Assembly (NCBI GenBank): GCA_964016885.1
Contig: OZ024741.1
Coordinates: 366,854,001 to 366,918,000, forward strand
Source of the DNA: Eledone cirrhosa
Taxonomy: Eukaryota
Direction: 5' to 3'
DNA length: 64,000 bases
Shown here one piece after another: positions 15,225 to 31,533 of this stretch. Made by a program: the position numbers and the translations under genes. Positions within the stretch are counted from its first letter, which is position 1. Every line of letters starts with the position of its first letter. Under the pieces are notes generated by a model. The model searched no databases, was not told the DNA's origin, and saw only the letters and a program-made list of their open reading frames with translations.

Positions 15225-16649
15225 TGATGGTCTAATGACACAACCAGTTCCTCTGATGGTCTAATGGCACAGCCAGTTCCATTGATGGTCTAATCACACT
15301 GCCAATTCCCTTGATGGTCTATCGACACTACCAATTCCAATGATGGTCTAACAACACAGCCAATTCCTTTGATGGACTTACAACACTGCTAGTTCTTTTG
15401 ATGGTCTAATAACACAGCCAATTCATTTAATGGTCTAATAACACAGCCAATTCCTTTGATGGTCTAATAACACAGCCAATTCCTTTGATGGTCTAATAAC
15501 ACAGCCAATTCATTTAATGGTCTAATAACACTGCCAATTCATTTAATGGTCTAATAACACAGCCAATTCCTTTGATGGTCTAATCACACTGCCAATTCCT
15601 TTGATGGTCTAATCACACTGCCAATTCCTTTGATGGTCTAATGACACAGCCAATTCCTTTGATGGTCTAATAACACAGCCAATTCCTTTGATGGTCTAAT
15701 CACACTGCCAATTCCTTTGATGGTCTAATGACACAGCCAATTCCTTTGATGGTCTAATCACACAGCCAATTCCTTTGATGGTCTAATCACACTGCCAATT
15801 CCTTTGATGATCTAATGACACAGCCAATTCCTTTGATGGTCTAATAACACAGCCAATTCCTTTGATGGTCTAATCACACTGCCAATTCCTTTGATGGTCT
15901 AATAACACAGCCAATTCCTTTGATGGTCTAATCACACTGCCAATTCCTTTGATGGTCTAATCACACTGCCAATTCCTTTGATGGTCTAATGACACAGCCA
16001 ATTCCTTTGATGGTCTAATAACACAGCTAATTCCTTTGATGGTCTAATCACACTGCCAATTCCTTTGATGGTCTAATCACACAGCCAATTCCTTTGATGG
16101 TCTAATCACACTGTCAATTCCTTTGATGGTCTAATGACACAGCCAATTCCTTTGATGGTCTAATGACACAGCCAATTCCTTTGATGGTCTAATAACACAG
16201 CCAATTCCTTTGATGGTCTATCGACACTACCAATTCCAATGATAGTCTAACGACACTGCCAATTCCTTTGATGGTCTAATCACACAGCCAATTCCTTTGA
16301 TGGTCTAATCACACTGCCAATTCCTTTGATGGTCTAATGACACAGCCAATTCCTTTGATGGTCTAATAACACAGCCAATTCCTTTGATGGTCTAATCACA
16401 CTGCCAATTCCTTTGATGGTCTAATCACACTGCCAATTCCTTTGATGGTCTAATCACAATACCAATTCCATTGATGGTCTAGCGACACTACCAATTCCAT
16501 TGATGGTCTAACAACTCTGCTAGTTCCTTTGATGGTCTAATGACACTGCCAGTTCCTTTGATGGTCTAAAGACACAGCCAGTTCCTCTGATGGTCTAATG
16601 ACACTGCCAATTCCTCTGATGGCCTAAAGACACTGTCAGTTCCTCACCA
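15225..16649 (-). repeat. 29-bp minisatellite (~49 copies) amplified from the 5' head of a SINE
   Basis: Unit gatggtctaatcacactgccaattccttt; continuous with a SINE-A-like body at ~15150-15225 on the minus strand. Confidence 0.9.
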
Positions 16650-16799
16650 AAAAACAAGTTAGATTTGATTATGTGACTGGTACACTGCCTACTGCCATAC
16701 CAAGAGGGAACCTCTATGTGGTCACTTGATCTGCTAGAAATCACATCTTGATGAAAATGAAGGACATTTTTTATAACAAAGTCCTAGATACATTATGAC

Positions 16800-17009
16800 T
16801 TAACTCTTTAGCATTTATATTACTCGATATTTACTATTGTATTTTCACGGTAAAGGCTTTACCTCACATAATTATCTGTGATTTTGAAATTATTTATTTT
16901 GGGAACAATACCTTAACATAAGTATGAGCAGCCAGTTATGGCTGGTTTGAACTGAAAGAGGTGAGAGAATTCTGGCTGTATATGGCCAGTTTAAATGCTA
17001 AAGGATTAA
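16800..17009 (+). mobile_element. piggyBac-type MITE family 1
   Basis: TTAA-ctctttagcattta ... taaatgctaaagga-TTAA. Confidence 0.85.
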
Positions 17010-17399
17010 AAAGAGACAGAATTGGATTAGAGTTAGATGGTCATCACTTGAAAGTCTTTAATCATAGCTCTTCTCAATCAGTGGTTGACCTGGTGTTAAA
17101 CAACAAGGAAATGGAAAAACAGAGGTATAGAAAAGAAGCAAAACACAACAAATAAATAAGTATATAAATAAATTTGGTTGACAGAAACTGTGTGGAAGTC
17201 CATCGTATATATGTGATTGCATGTGTGTGTGTCTATCTATATCTGTTTAAATTAATCATTTGTGACTCATAAATTAGTGGTTCAACAAAAGAAGGTCGAT
17301 AAAATAAATATTGATACTAAATTTGATATAATTAATTAAAATCCCGTCAAGGCAGTGCCTCAGCATGGCCACAGTTTAATGAGTGAAAATAGTAATGGT

Positions 17400-17458
17400 A
17401 AAAGAAAAGAAAAGAAAAATAGATGAAATAAAATGAAAGGGAAAAAGAAAAGAAGTAG

Positions 17459-17489
<31 letters not shown>

Positions 17490-17523
17490 AAAAAAGAAAG
17501 AAAGAAAGAAAGAAAGAAAGAAA
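17400..17523. repeat. (AAAG)n tract
   Basis: Direct inspection. Confidence 0.9.
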
Positions 17524-17928
17524 ATGGATAAACACTCACTAATTGTCAGAATACTGAGGAAAATCTTGTTTCTGCACAAGGTGAATAAAGACACATAACG
17601 CTAGGTATATTTCACTAGTTGCAGGCACTAATTAATTAGTAAGACAAACGAAACTGAACATGCCATCTGTTACTAATTTCCAGTACCTGGCTCTAATCTA
17701 TGGCTGGCATAGAGTAAATATTTTTTCTTTATAAATGTTTTACAATTCACAGTATTAGAGAAGGTTGAGGGCAGGTGATTGGCAGAACTGTTAGAATATC
17801 AGATTAACTGTATGAGTATTTCTTCCAGTTCTCTATGCTTTGAGTTCATATCTCATTGAGGTCAAACTTTGCCTTTCATCACTCCATGGTAAATAGAATA
17901 AAGAACCAGTAAAGTACTGAGAGTCACT

Positions 17929-18144
17929 TTAACCCTTTAGCATTTGTATGACTTTATGTTTACAATTGTATTTTCATAGTAAAGGCTTTATCTCACATAA
18001 TATCAAATCTTTGAGATTTTGATATTATTTATTTTGAGAACAATACTTAAACATTGGCATTAGCAGCTGGTTATGGCTGGTTTGAACAGAAAGTGGTGAG
18101 AGAATTCTGGTTGGATACGACCGGTTTAAATGCTAAAGGGTTAA
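17929..18144 (+). mobile_element. piggyBac-type MITE family 1
   Basis: TTAA-ccctttagcattt ... aaatgctaaaggg-TTAA, perfect 13-bp TIR. Confidence 0.9.
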
Positions 18145-19164
18145 TGTCTAATTTAGAAACAATTACATTGAAGAAGGTAAAGAATTTTCAGAGTTGTTAA
18201 GCACTGGATAAAATGCCACAGTATTTACTCTGGTTGTCTGTGCACTGAGTTAAAATCTTGTTAAGGGCAACTTTACCTTTCGTCCTTACAAGGTCTATAA
18301 ATAAAGTACCAGTCTAGGTGAGATTGATTAGTAAAATTGTTGAGAGTGGGATAGGATATACTACAGTATCTGATCTGACTCTATGAGTTTAAATCCCACC
18401 TACTTCTACCTACTCCTGTAACTGGCAGATATTGTCAGCAATGGCAAGACAAATGGAAATGGTTTCTTTGGTCTCATCTGACAATTGGTTTCTTTCCTTT
18501 GTTTCTTACATTAAAAAGAAAGAGAAAGAGAAGGGAAAGAGAAATAGTTTCTGGACACATTGTGAAAGAGAGGGTGACTTATTCTATCTCTAGACTTTGA
18601 GAAGTATGTATGCTGCTTAAATCTACCTGGAAAATATGTACTCTATAAGTATAATGTTTTTTTTTTGGCTACCTGTGTCTTATACTATAGATTACAAGAA
18701 ACACTCCTCACAAACTTGCATCTCCAGAAAGAGTGTCATAAGATACATATAGTATTAATGTAAAATACCCACATACCAATACAAGATAAACACTTCCCAG
18801 TTATACATAAATTCCAAACACTCATCAAATAAAACTGTTAAAACCAGCTCTTGCCACCTGACAACATTGCTTCACAGATTTCACAACATAGTTAGCCAAT
18901 CCCTATTCTCTGACATTCCTACTACCAACAGCTTGGTTTCAACTGTAGATCCATCAAAACAGTGATATATTTGTAGATTATTATACAGTGGTCTATCAAA
19001 CATTTAATAGCCCTCCTTCTATCATCACTGACCATGGGTTTGCATATGGAATGTTCTGTTCCCAGGCATAAACTTGGACAAGTGTTTTGTGTGTGAAAGA
19101 CCAGCATTTGCCCATGCATGTTAATCTCTCCTCTCCATGGCACTAATATTGTCCAAGGTAAGTA

Positions 19165-19950
19165 TAGCTCATTTTTTCCAGCTGAGTGAACTGACACAAT
19201 GTGAAATAAAGTGTCTTGACACAACACACTACCCAGTCCAGGAATTAAATTCATGACCTTACAATTGTGAGCTCTACATACTAACTCCTAAGACATACAC
19301 CTGTACAGTGATATGATGGATTATTCAAGAATTATAGTGTATGCAGTTGAGTATTCCACGTGTATCCTTAATGTAATTGCTAAGCTAAATCAGCATGATA
19401 TTATAAGTGACAACACTAAACCTTTAAATTAAAGGTACAATACATCAAACAAGCTTCCAAACAGTTTCTGTCTAACCAATTTCACTCACAAAGCTTGGGT
19501 CAACCCTAGGTTGTGGTGAAATATCTTGCCCAAGATATCCCACAGTGGGAACGAACCCAGGACCCCGTGATTGTAATGCAAATTTCTGAACCATTTGATC
19601 ATTCACAGGCAGTGAAATTTTGGATGTCTGTTGGTTCCAGTGATGAATGTTCTACTCATTCGAATAACAGAACAGCCATTTCCTGAAATTAAGATGCAAA
19701 TAACTAAGCATTCCACAGACAGACATGAGTACTCTTAAAGTAGATCTCAGGAAGACTCAAGATGATACAATGTAAGACATGCCTGACCCATTGAATTACA
19801 GGCACAACTCATTTCTTGCTAGATCAGTGAACTGGAACAACATGAAATAAAGAGTCTTGCTCAAGGACACAATACTCTGCCAAGAATCGAATGCACAACC
19901 TTATGATCACCAGTCAAACACCCTAACCACAAAGCTACACACTTTCACAG
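19165..19950 (-). mobile_element. Cluster of decayed CORE-like SINEs
   Basis: tgaaataaagtgtcttg / cttgctcaaggacacaa motifs at ~19200 and ~19850. Confidence 0.55.
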
Positions 19951-20344
19951 GCTGTGATATACAGAACCACTATAACAGCAGATGATGCTATCCCAAGAAA
20001 CATTATACATCAGAGCTTCAGCAGATCTTACGTCACATATATGTTACATATCACATGACACTATGTCACATATCACGTGTATCACACACATACACACACA
20101 CATTGCACAGAGTGCACATTGAGGACAACAAGCAAGCAAGCTTCTAGGTGCTCACTCAACCTGCTAAATATAGCAGCCAAATTGACCTCACAACACAGAC
20201 ACCCTATCATCTTAAAAACAAATAAACGGCATTTCGGATAAAGTAGACATAGATGTACTACATCACTCCAAAATGAAAGAAGATAACAAGTGAGATGATG
20301 ATCATAGGCCTGTTCATTAAAGCTGGCCTGGTGTTAAACAACAG

Positions 20345-24060
<3,716 letters not shown>

Positions 24061-24139
24061 ATATGGACATAATTAAGGTGGCAGATTGGTAGAGTGGTTG
24101 AAAAGTTAGATAGAATCATCTATATTATTATCATCTATA

Positions 24140-24252
24140 TAATCATCATCATCATCACCATCATTACCATCACCATCCCCATCATCACCATCATCATCAT
24201 CACCATCATCACCACCATCATCATCACCATCACCATCATCATCATCATCACC

Positions 24253-24284
<32 letters not shown>

Positions 24285-24735
24285 CACCACCACCATCATC
24301 ACCATCACCATCACCATCATCACCATCATCATCATCGTCACCACTACCATCATCACCATCATCATCATCATCCCCACCACCATCACCACCACCATCATCA
24401 TCACCATCACCATCATCATCGCCACCACCATCACCATCATCATCATCATCATCATCATCACCATCACCATCACCATCATCGCCATCATCATGATCATCAT
24501 CATCACCACCATCACCATCGTTATCACCATCACCAACACCATCATCATCACCATCACCATCATCATCATCATCATCACCATCATCATCACCACCATCACC
24601 ATCATCACCACCATCACCGTCATCACCATCAGCATCACTATCCCCCATCACCATCATCATCACCATCACCATCACCATCATCATCATCATCATCACCATC
24701 ACCACCATCATCATCATCATCATCACCATCACCAC

Positions 24736-24812
<77 letters not shown>

Positions 24813-24858
24813 CCATCATCATCACCATCACCATCACCATCACCATCATCATCATCAT
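24140..24858. repeat. (ATC/ACC)n trinucleotide tract
   Basis: Direct inspection. Confidence 0.95.
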
Positions 24859-24932
24859 CTGTTAAACATCTATTTTCCATAACTTGCAAGAGTTAGATGG
24901 GTTGTTGTGTTCTGAAGTTAAACAGGTTAGAT

Positions 24933-25233
24933 CAGTGGTCTCTGACCTTTTTTTATACCATGGACCAGCTTCATGTCGAACAATCTTTCCACGGACTGGT
25001 AGTTGTACGTATGTGTTATTTAAGTGCATTTCAATAAAGAGAGCAATAATAAAAAAAGCAATTTATTAAAGTATATGAATATGGAATATTTAAACAAATC
25101 TTTTTCAATTTAAAGTCCAATATTCAATTTATGTATTATATAATTTTAGACAAATTAATTATTTCTTTGTGGCTCGGTAGCAAATGGTCCAACGGACAAG
25201 TACCAGTCCCCAGCCGGTGTTTGGGGACCTCTG
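24933..25233. mobile_element. hAT (Charlie-like) MITE
   Basis: Termini cagtggtctctgac / gtttggggacctctg; perfect 8-bp TSD ggttagat. Confidence 0.9.
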
Positions 25234-25358
25234 GGTTAGATGACTGCATCTCACTCCTACATTCCATTCTGGCATAATTTTTACAGTTAGATACCCTTCC
25301 TAACACCAACCACTTCACACCGTGCAATGGGTGTATTTTATCATGATACTAGCACTAC

Positions 25359-25632
25359 TGTGGAGGCATGTGGCCTAGTGGTAAGGATGTTGGACTTATG
25401 ATCATAATGTCATGGGTTCAATTCCTGGGTTGCGTGAAAACACGTCATTTCACGTTGCTGCAGTATACTCAGCTGAAAATGAGTGCCAGCAATAGCTGGG
25501 GGTTTAACCCTGCGATGGACTGGCGTCCTGTCCAGGGGGGAGTCTTGTACTCTCAGTCGCTTCATGCCATGAAACCAGGATAAGCACCGGCCAAATGAGC
25601 CTTCTGGCTTAAGAGAGACTTTAGACTTTTAG
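25359..25632 (+). mobile_element. Full-length tRNA-derived SINE with V-domain-like body
   Basis: A box tggcctagtgg, B box ggttcaattcc, body ccctgcgatggactggcgtcctgtccaggg, agacttt-repeat tail, 11-bp TSD actagcactac; decayed relative at ~32372-32640. Confidence 0.85.
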
Positions 25633-25768
25633 ACTAGCACTACCACTTGAAGGTATTCATTCTTGATCTCCGCTATCTGAGTTCAACTCCCACTGAGATC
25701 AACTATGCTCTTGATCCTTTTGAGATCAATGACTAAAATAGTAGTCCATTACTGAGGTCAATTCCTTT

Positions 25769-25860
<92 letters not shown>

Positions 25861-25867
25861 TATACAA

Positions 25868-25997
<130 letters not shown>

Positions 25998-26236
25998 CAT
26001 TGTTGCATAATATATGCAGACAGATGGTGCAGTGCACCTTACTGCTGCATTAGTGCTGCAGAAACTTGAGTCCGGGAACCTTATAGGCACCCGTTTTACG
26101 TGTGTTGTGTTGAGGCAAATAACTATGTGTATACTCTGGTAATGTATCTTACATTGCCCATTGAGTGTGTTGAGATACAACCGGTACTGGCATTGATAAA
26201 TATGCTGGGTCTGTCAACCCTTATTATATATATATA

Positions 26237-26339
<103 letters not shown>

Positions 26340-26407
26340 ATATTTGGGGAGGGTCATATTTGCGTAATATTGCCAGAATTAATAACATATATATATATAT
26401 ATATATA

Positions 26408-26848
26408 CATACTATTGTACGTCTGTATACATATATGTATGTACGTATACATACATACTTACATTTAAGTAAGTGCCATACTAAGAGTGAGAAATGAAAT
26501 TTCGTTTTCATTTTTTTTCAACTTATCCATTTCGGTATGCCTGACCGATTTAACTCACTCAATATGCAAATTAGGCTGCTCAGCCGTTAATTTTCATAAG
26601 GAAAGTATATACTTTCGAACGTTCAACTATCTGGCAGATGGGTATACGGTGCTGATGATAGCTAACAAGCTGGAAACTAGTACATCGTTCCTGTGGCAGT
26701 GTTGAACAAAAAGGTGACGTGGTTGCCTTAACACCGTATGGCATAAATTCAGGCTGTTCAGTTTGTTTACAAACGAACAAAGCGGCGTTATAATAAGCGT
26801 CCGCTAAACTGATGCGTGCATATATGTATGTGTACCTGTATGTATATA

Positions 26849-26881
<33 letters not shown>

Positions 26882-26996
26882 GCATGCTACTGTACGTCTG
26901 TATACATATATGTATGTACGTATACATACATACTTACATTTAAGTAAGTGCCATACTAAGAGTGAGAAATGAAATTTCGTTTTCATTTTTTTTCAA

Positions 26997-27001
<5 letters not shown>
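26408..27001 (+). mobile_element. Retrozyme/Penelope-pLTR-like non-coding element, 475-bp unit (~1.25 copies), inserted in (TA)n
   Basis: ~118-bp direct repeat at ~26408-26526 and ~26883-27001; central hammerhead; homologue at 34015-34748. Confidence 0.8.
26646..26688 (+). ncRNA. Minimal type I hammerhead ribozyme
   Basis: ACGGTG CTGATGA TAGCT aaca AGCTG GAAA CTAG TA CATCGT; palindromic stem III ACTAGT; GUA site. Confidence 0.85.
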
Positions 27002-27045
<44 letters not shown>

Positions 27046-27049
<4 letters not shown>

Positions 27050-27930
27050 AAAAAAAGATGAAATCGAAAATGCAACTGGAGTCTTATTTTTAAAAAAATA
27101 TATATATTTATTTGGTTCCTTTACCAGTTTCGCAGTTCTTCTGCTTTTCAAAAGTAGAGTTGAGATGGAGGGTCTGTGGTTTTTCTATCATCTGGTTGGT
27201 CTCTGAATGTTACTTGTTTTATATGGAAAAAGTGGCTCGAAATGCCATGTTTTTCGAGAAGTAATTTGATTGGTTGGTCAATAATTATATTAAATTTCGC
27301 ACTTGTTCGCGTTACAAAGTTCTTCAAACAAGGGGGGGGGGGGGGGGGGTGTCACGGGTTGTTTTTTCATATATGAGTGTTTGAATTTCTTTTTACTTAA
27401 AAAAAAGGGGGCTCACGAAGGCTTTTTTTAAATAAACGTAATTTGATTGGTTATAAATGAAATTATGGCTGTCACGTGAACAAGTTTTCATTAAATTTTT
27501 GCGCCCTTATTTGGAAATCTATTCTGTAGCATTTTTAGAGAATTTTATGACAAGTAAAAGATAATGGTCAAGAGAAATTGGATGGGAGAATTGTTCTGGT
27601 TCAGTGAATATGGTTAGTTCGCTGGGGTGTCAGAATTCAGATTTTCTATTGAATAAAGAAAGTAAAGATATGTATGTTTATTTGTGTGCTTGTGTGTGTG
27701 TGTGTTGTGTGTTTTGTGTGTGTATTTGAATTTCTTTTTACTTTAAAAAAAAAGGGGTCTCACGAAGGCTTTTTTTTTAATAAACGTAATTTGATTGGTT
27801 AAAAATGAAATTATGGCTGTCACGTGAACAAGTTTTCATTAAATTTTCGCACCCTTATTTGGAATCTATTCTGTAGCCTTTTTAGAGAATTTTATGACAT
27901 TTTTTAAGTAAAAAGAAATTCAAACACACA
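27046..27930 (-). mobile_element. Penelope-pLTR-like element with internal tandem duplication and short inverted end
   Basis: ~175-bp direct repeat at ~27379 and ~27724; inverted piece 27903-27927; hammerhead near the (TA)n-abutting end; partial homologue at ~60485-60620 (+). Confidence 0.65.
27117..27156 (-). ncRNA. Minimal hammerhead, U3-A8 variant
   Basis: Minus strand: CTT TTGAAAA GCAG aagaa CTGC GAAA CTGG TA AAG. Confidence 0.6.
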
Positions 27931-27963
27931 CACACAACACACAACACACAACACACATATATA

Positions 27964-28039
27964 TAGAAGTGGTTAGACAACAGTTAGTTCACCATACCGA
28001 GAACAATTGTTTCACCTTAGCGGATCCTCAGCTCGTAAT
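27964..28039 (-). ncRNA. 76-bp hammerhead-bearing fragment in a TA/CA tract (hammerhead 27998-28035)
   Basis: Minus strand: CGAG CTGAGGA tCC gctaa GGt GAAAC aatt GTT CTCG; same family as 54756-54899. Confidence 0.65.
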
Positions 28040-28084
28040 ATATATATATATATATATATATCATCATTCATTTGATCATTTCAT

Positions 28085-28386
28085 TTTACGTCTGCTTTTC
28101 CCTGCTTGCAAGGGTGGGACGGGAACTGATTCTGGCTTGATTTCTACAGCTGAATGCTCTTCCTAACACCAACCTCATTTACAGTGAGTGCTGGGTGCTT
28201 TTTTGCCGTGGCACCTCCATGACCACTTTGCAGTGGAATGCATCTCATTTCTACAGCTGAGTAAACTGGAGCAATGTGAAATAAAGTGTCTTGCTCAAGG
28301 AAACAACACATCACCTGGTCTGAGAATTGAACTCACAACCTTTCGATTGCAAGGCCAATGCTCTAACCACTAAGCCATGTGCCTCC
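28085..28386 (-). mobile_element. SINE family B (tRNA head, CORE-like domain, RTE-like tail)
   Basis: Reverse complement tggcttagtggttagag, gagttcaattc, tccttgagcaagacactt; close copies at 50985-51310 and 55707-56025. Confidence 0.85.
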
Positions 28387-29255
28387 ATATATACATATAT
28401 ATATATCATCATCCTCATTTAAAGTTCACTTTCCCCGGCTAGCAAGGGTTGGGCAGGTATACATAAATCAAGTCAGTACTGAAGTAAATTTACTGACCTC
28501 CCAGACAGGTCAAGGAGTCTGTATCTTGCTTTCATATTGTCATACATTGTATCAAATGCTCAGAAGAAGTTGACACAAACTGGAGGGTCCTCCTAAATCC
28601 TTGTTTGGCAAGTTTTCTATGACTGGATGCCCTTCCTAATACTGATCCCTTTATTGTGTGTACAGGGTACTTTTATCATATAGATCTCCAACACTATATA
28701 TATATATTCCCACATACAGACTTATTCCTTATTCAATAATCCTCTCTTCACCAAAATTCCAACTCAATAAAATTATCTTGAAACATTATAAAGTATTTAA
28801 GCCCTTCTCCAGTCTTATTTACAGATTTTGGTAATAGTTGTTTTGTTAAACCAATTATTTTGTTTATGTATATTCTTATTTTGTTGCACAATGCTATTAT
28901 ATTATTTTGGTATTGTATCAGAATATAGAATATAGATATCAGAAGAAAGAATGTTTGAGTTTCAGGCATCTATAAACTGAAAACTCTTGATCCAACATTT
29001 ATGCCAAATTTTGGCAGATACTTTGCCAACAAAAGATATAAATAATCATTATTTGTGTATCTATGTTTTATATTTATGCATGTTATATATATGTATATGA
29101 GTGTGCATATGTATGTGTATGTATGTGTGTATGTGTGTGTGTGTCTATGTGTATGATGTAATGAAATAAACTGATGTTGAATGTGGTACCGTCTCTCTTC
29201 CTTTTCTTAATGTGTATATATATATATATATATACATATATATACATATATATAC

Positions 29256-29333
<78 letters not shown>

Positions 29334-30412
29334 GAGAAAGCCTTTGACAGAGTTCCTCGTGCTGTAATCTGGTGGGCTCTTAGAAAACTAGGAGTAGATG
29401 AATGGCTTGTGAAAGCTGTACAAGCCATGTATAGGGGAGCAGTCAGCAAAGTTATGATTAGCAATGAGTATAGCGAGGAATTTAGTGTTCAGTTCGGTGT
29501 CCACCAGGGCTCCGTTCTTAGCCCTCTCCTGTTCATCATCGTCCTGCAGGCAATAACGGAGGAGTTTAAGACCGGATGCCCATGGGAACTCTTGTATGCA
29601 GATTACCTCACACTTATAGCTGAATCTATGGTAGAACTAGAGAAGAAATTCCAAACTTGGAAGCAGGGGCTAGAAAGAAAGGGTCTCAAAGTCAACATGA
29701 CAAAGACTAAGGTCCTTGTAAGTAGACGAGAAAACAGAACCCAGATCCCCTCAGGGAAATGGCCTTGCTCAGTATGTAGGAAAGGTGTAGGTAGGAACTC
29801 CATTCTCTGCCCCAAATGCAAACAATGGGTACACAAGAGATGTAGCGGGATCTCAGGGAGCTTAATTAAGAATGTAGGCTTCACATGTAGCAGCTGTGCT
29901 GGGACAGCAAGCAGCAAACAGCCACAGGAAACAAGTACCACCAATCTCTGGGAGGGTTCTGTAGAAACAGTAGACAGCTTCTGCTACCTAGGTGACCGAA
30001 TTAGCAGCGGAAGTGGATGTTCAGAAAGTACAATAACTAGGGTAAGAACGGGATGGAAGAAGTTCAGGGAACTACTGCCACTGCTAGCTGCAAAAGGCTT
30101 CTCCCTCAAAATGAAAGGCAGACTGTATGATGCGTGTATCCGAACAGCAATGTTACATGGTAGTGAGACCTGGGCGCTGAAGGTAGAAGACTTACGTAGA
30201 TTAGAAAGAAACGAAGCCTGCATGCTCCAATGGATGTGTAATAGTAATATACGCAAACGGCAAAGCATGAATGAATTGAGAGAGAGACTGAGCATAAGAG
30301 GAATCAAATGCTGTGTGCAGGAGAGGCGGTTGTGTTGGTATGGACATATGATGCCTATGAAGGATGACAGCTGCATAAAAAGGTGCAGAGCATTAGAAGT
30401 CAATGGAAACTG
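29334..30412 (+). pseudogene. RTE-clade LINE reverse transcriptase fragment, 5'-truncated
   Basis: [26 protein letters not shown] (normally YADD), GLKVNMTKTK, FCYLG, MLHGSETW, RRLCWYGH; the rest of the ORF runs into SINE and low-complexity DNA. Confidence 0.92.
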
Positions 30413-30769
30413 TTGGACCCCAGTCCCTATCATCTCATTTCTACAGCTGAGTAAACTGGAGCAATGTGAAATAAAATGTCTTGCTCAAGGAAACAACACA
30501 TCATTTATTTATATATATTTTTACATTTTACAAATTTTATCATACCATTATTTAAAGAAGTCATCTGGATATAATTTCCTTCTGTTGCTTATTTATTTAT
30601 TTTTTCTTCTTCTTCTCATCTTTTTCTTCTTCTTTTTCTTCTTCTTTTTCTTCTTCTTTTTCTTCTTCTTCTTGTTTGTTCCATAAGTAAGCTGAAATAA
30701 GGAAGTTACAATGATTTAATTGGATATGTTTAGGAATATACATCAAGGTTGGCATCTACACAGTTGTAG

Positions 30770-30838
30770 TCATTGTTGTTGTTATCATTGCAGCTGTTGT
30801 AGCTGTTGTAGTTGTTGTTGTTGTCGTCGTTGTCGTCG

Positions 30839-30876
<38 letters not shown>

Positions 30877-31068
30877 GCAGCTGTTGCAGTTGTTGTTGTT
30901 GTTGTTGTTACTGCTATTGTTGCTGTTGTTGTTTTTGTTGTTGTTGCAGCTGTTACAGTTGTCGTTTTTGTTGTTATTGCTATTATTGTTGTTGTTACTG
31001 CTATTGCTACTGTTGTTGTTGTTGTTGTTTGCTGTTGTTGTTATTCTTATTGTTGTTATTGTTGTTGT
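30770..31068. repeat. (GTT/GCT)n tract
   Basis: Direct inspection. Confidence 0.9.
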
Positions 31069-31302
31069 AAATGTTTTATTCAATAGAGATGATAAATATA
31101 TGACAGCCTTTTCTAATGATGTAATGTTTTGGTGGGGAGTGTTGTGATTCTTTTTATTTTGAATATAGTCTAATGAATTTTCTTGTAATTGTTGTTGTGG
31201 ACACAGCATGGCTGTATGGTTAAGAAGTTTACTTTGCAAATATGAGGTCCTGGGCTTGATCCTACTGCATGGAATCTTGGACAAATGTCATTTACCATAG
31301 CC

Positions 31303-31533
31303 TTAACCCTTTAGTATTTACATTAATCTATATATATATTATTATATTTTCATGGTAAAGGCTTTACCTCACATAATTATCTTACATAATATCGAATCTA
31401 TGAGATCTTGATGTTATTTATTTTGAGAACAATACCTTAACAATAGTATAAGTAGCCGATTACAGCCAGTTTTAACTGAAAGAGGTGAGAGAATTCTGGC
31501 CGGATACAGCTAGTTTAAATGCTAAAGGATTAA
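31303..31533 (+). mobile_element. piggyBac-type MITE family 1 nested in a SINE (~31200-31740)
   Basis: TTAA-ccctttag ... ctaaagga-TTAA interrupts catagcc|gtcaacc, which is contiguous in the 14575 copy. Confidence 0.85.

Noticed and set aside
15225-16649. CRISPR-like regular array
   Set aside because: Head-to-tail 29-bp units with no unique spacers, no cas genes, eukaryotic context
30413-30686. Hydrophobic C-terminus of the 425-aa RT ORF, as a membrane anchor
   Set aside because: Read-through into an antisense SINE fragment and a (TTC)n tract
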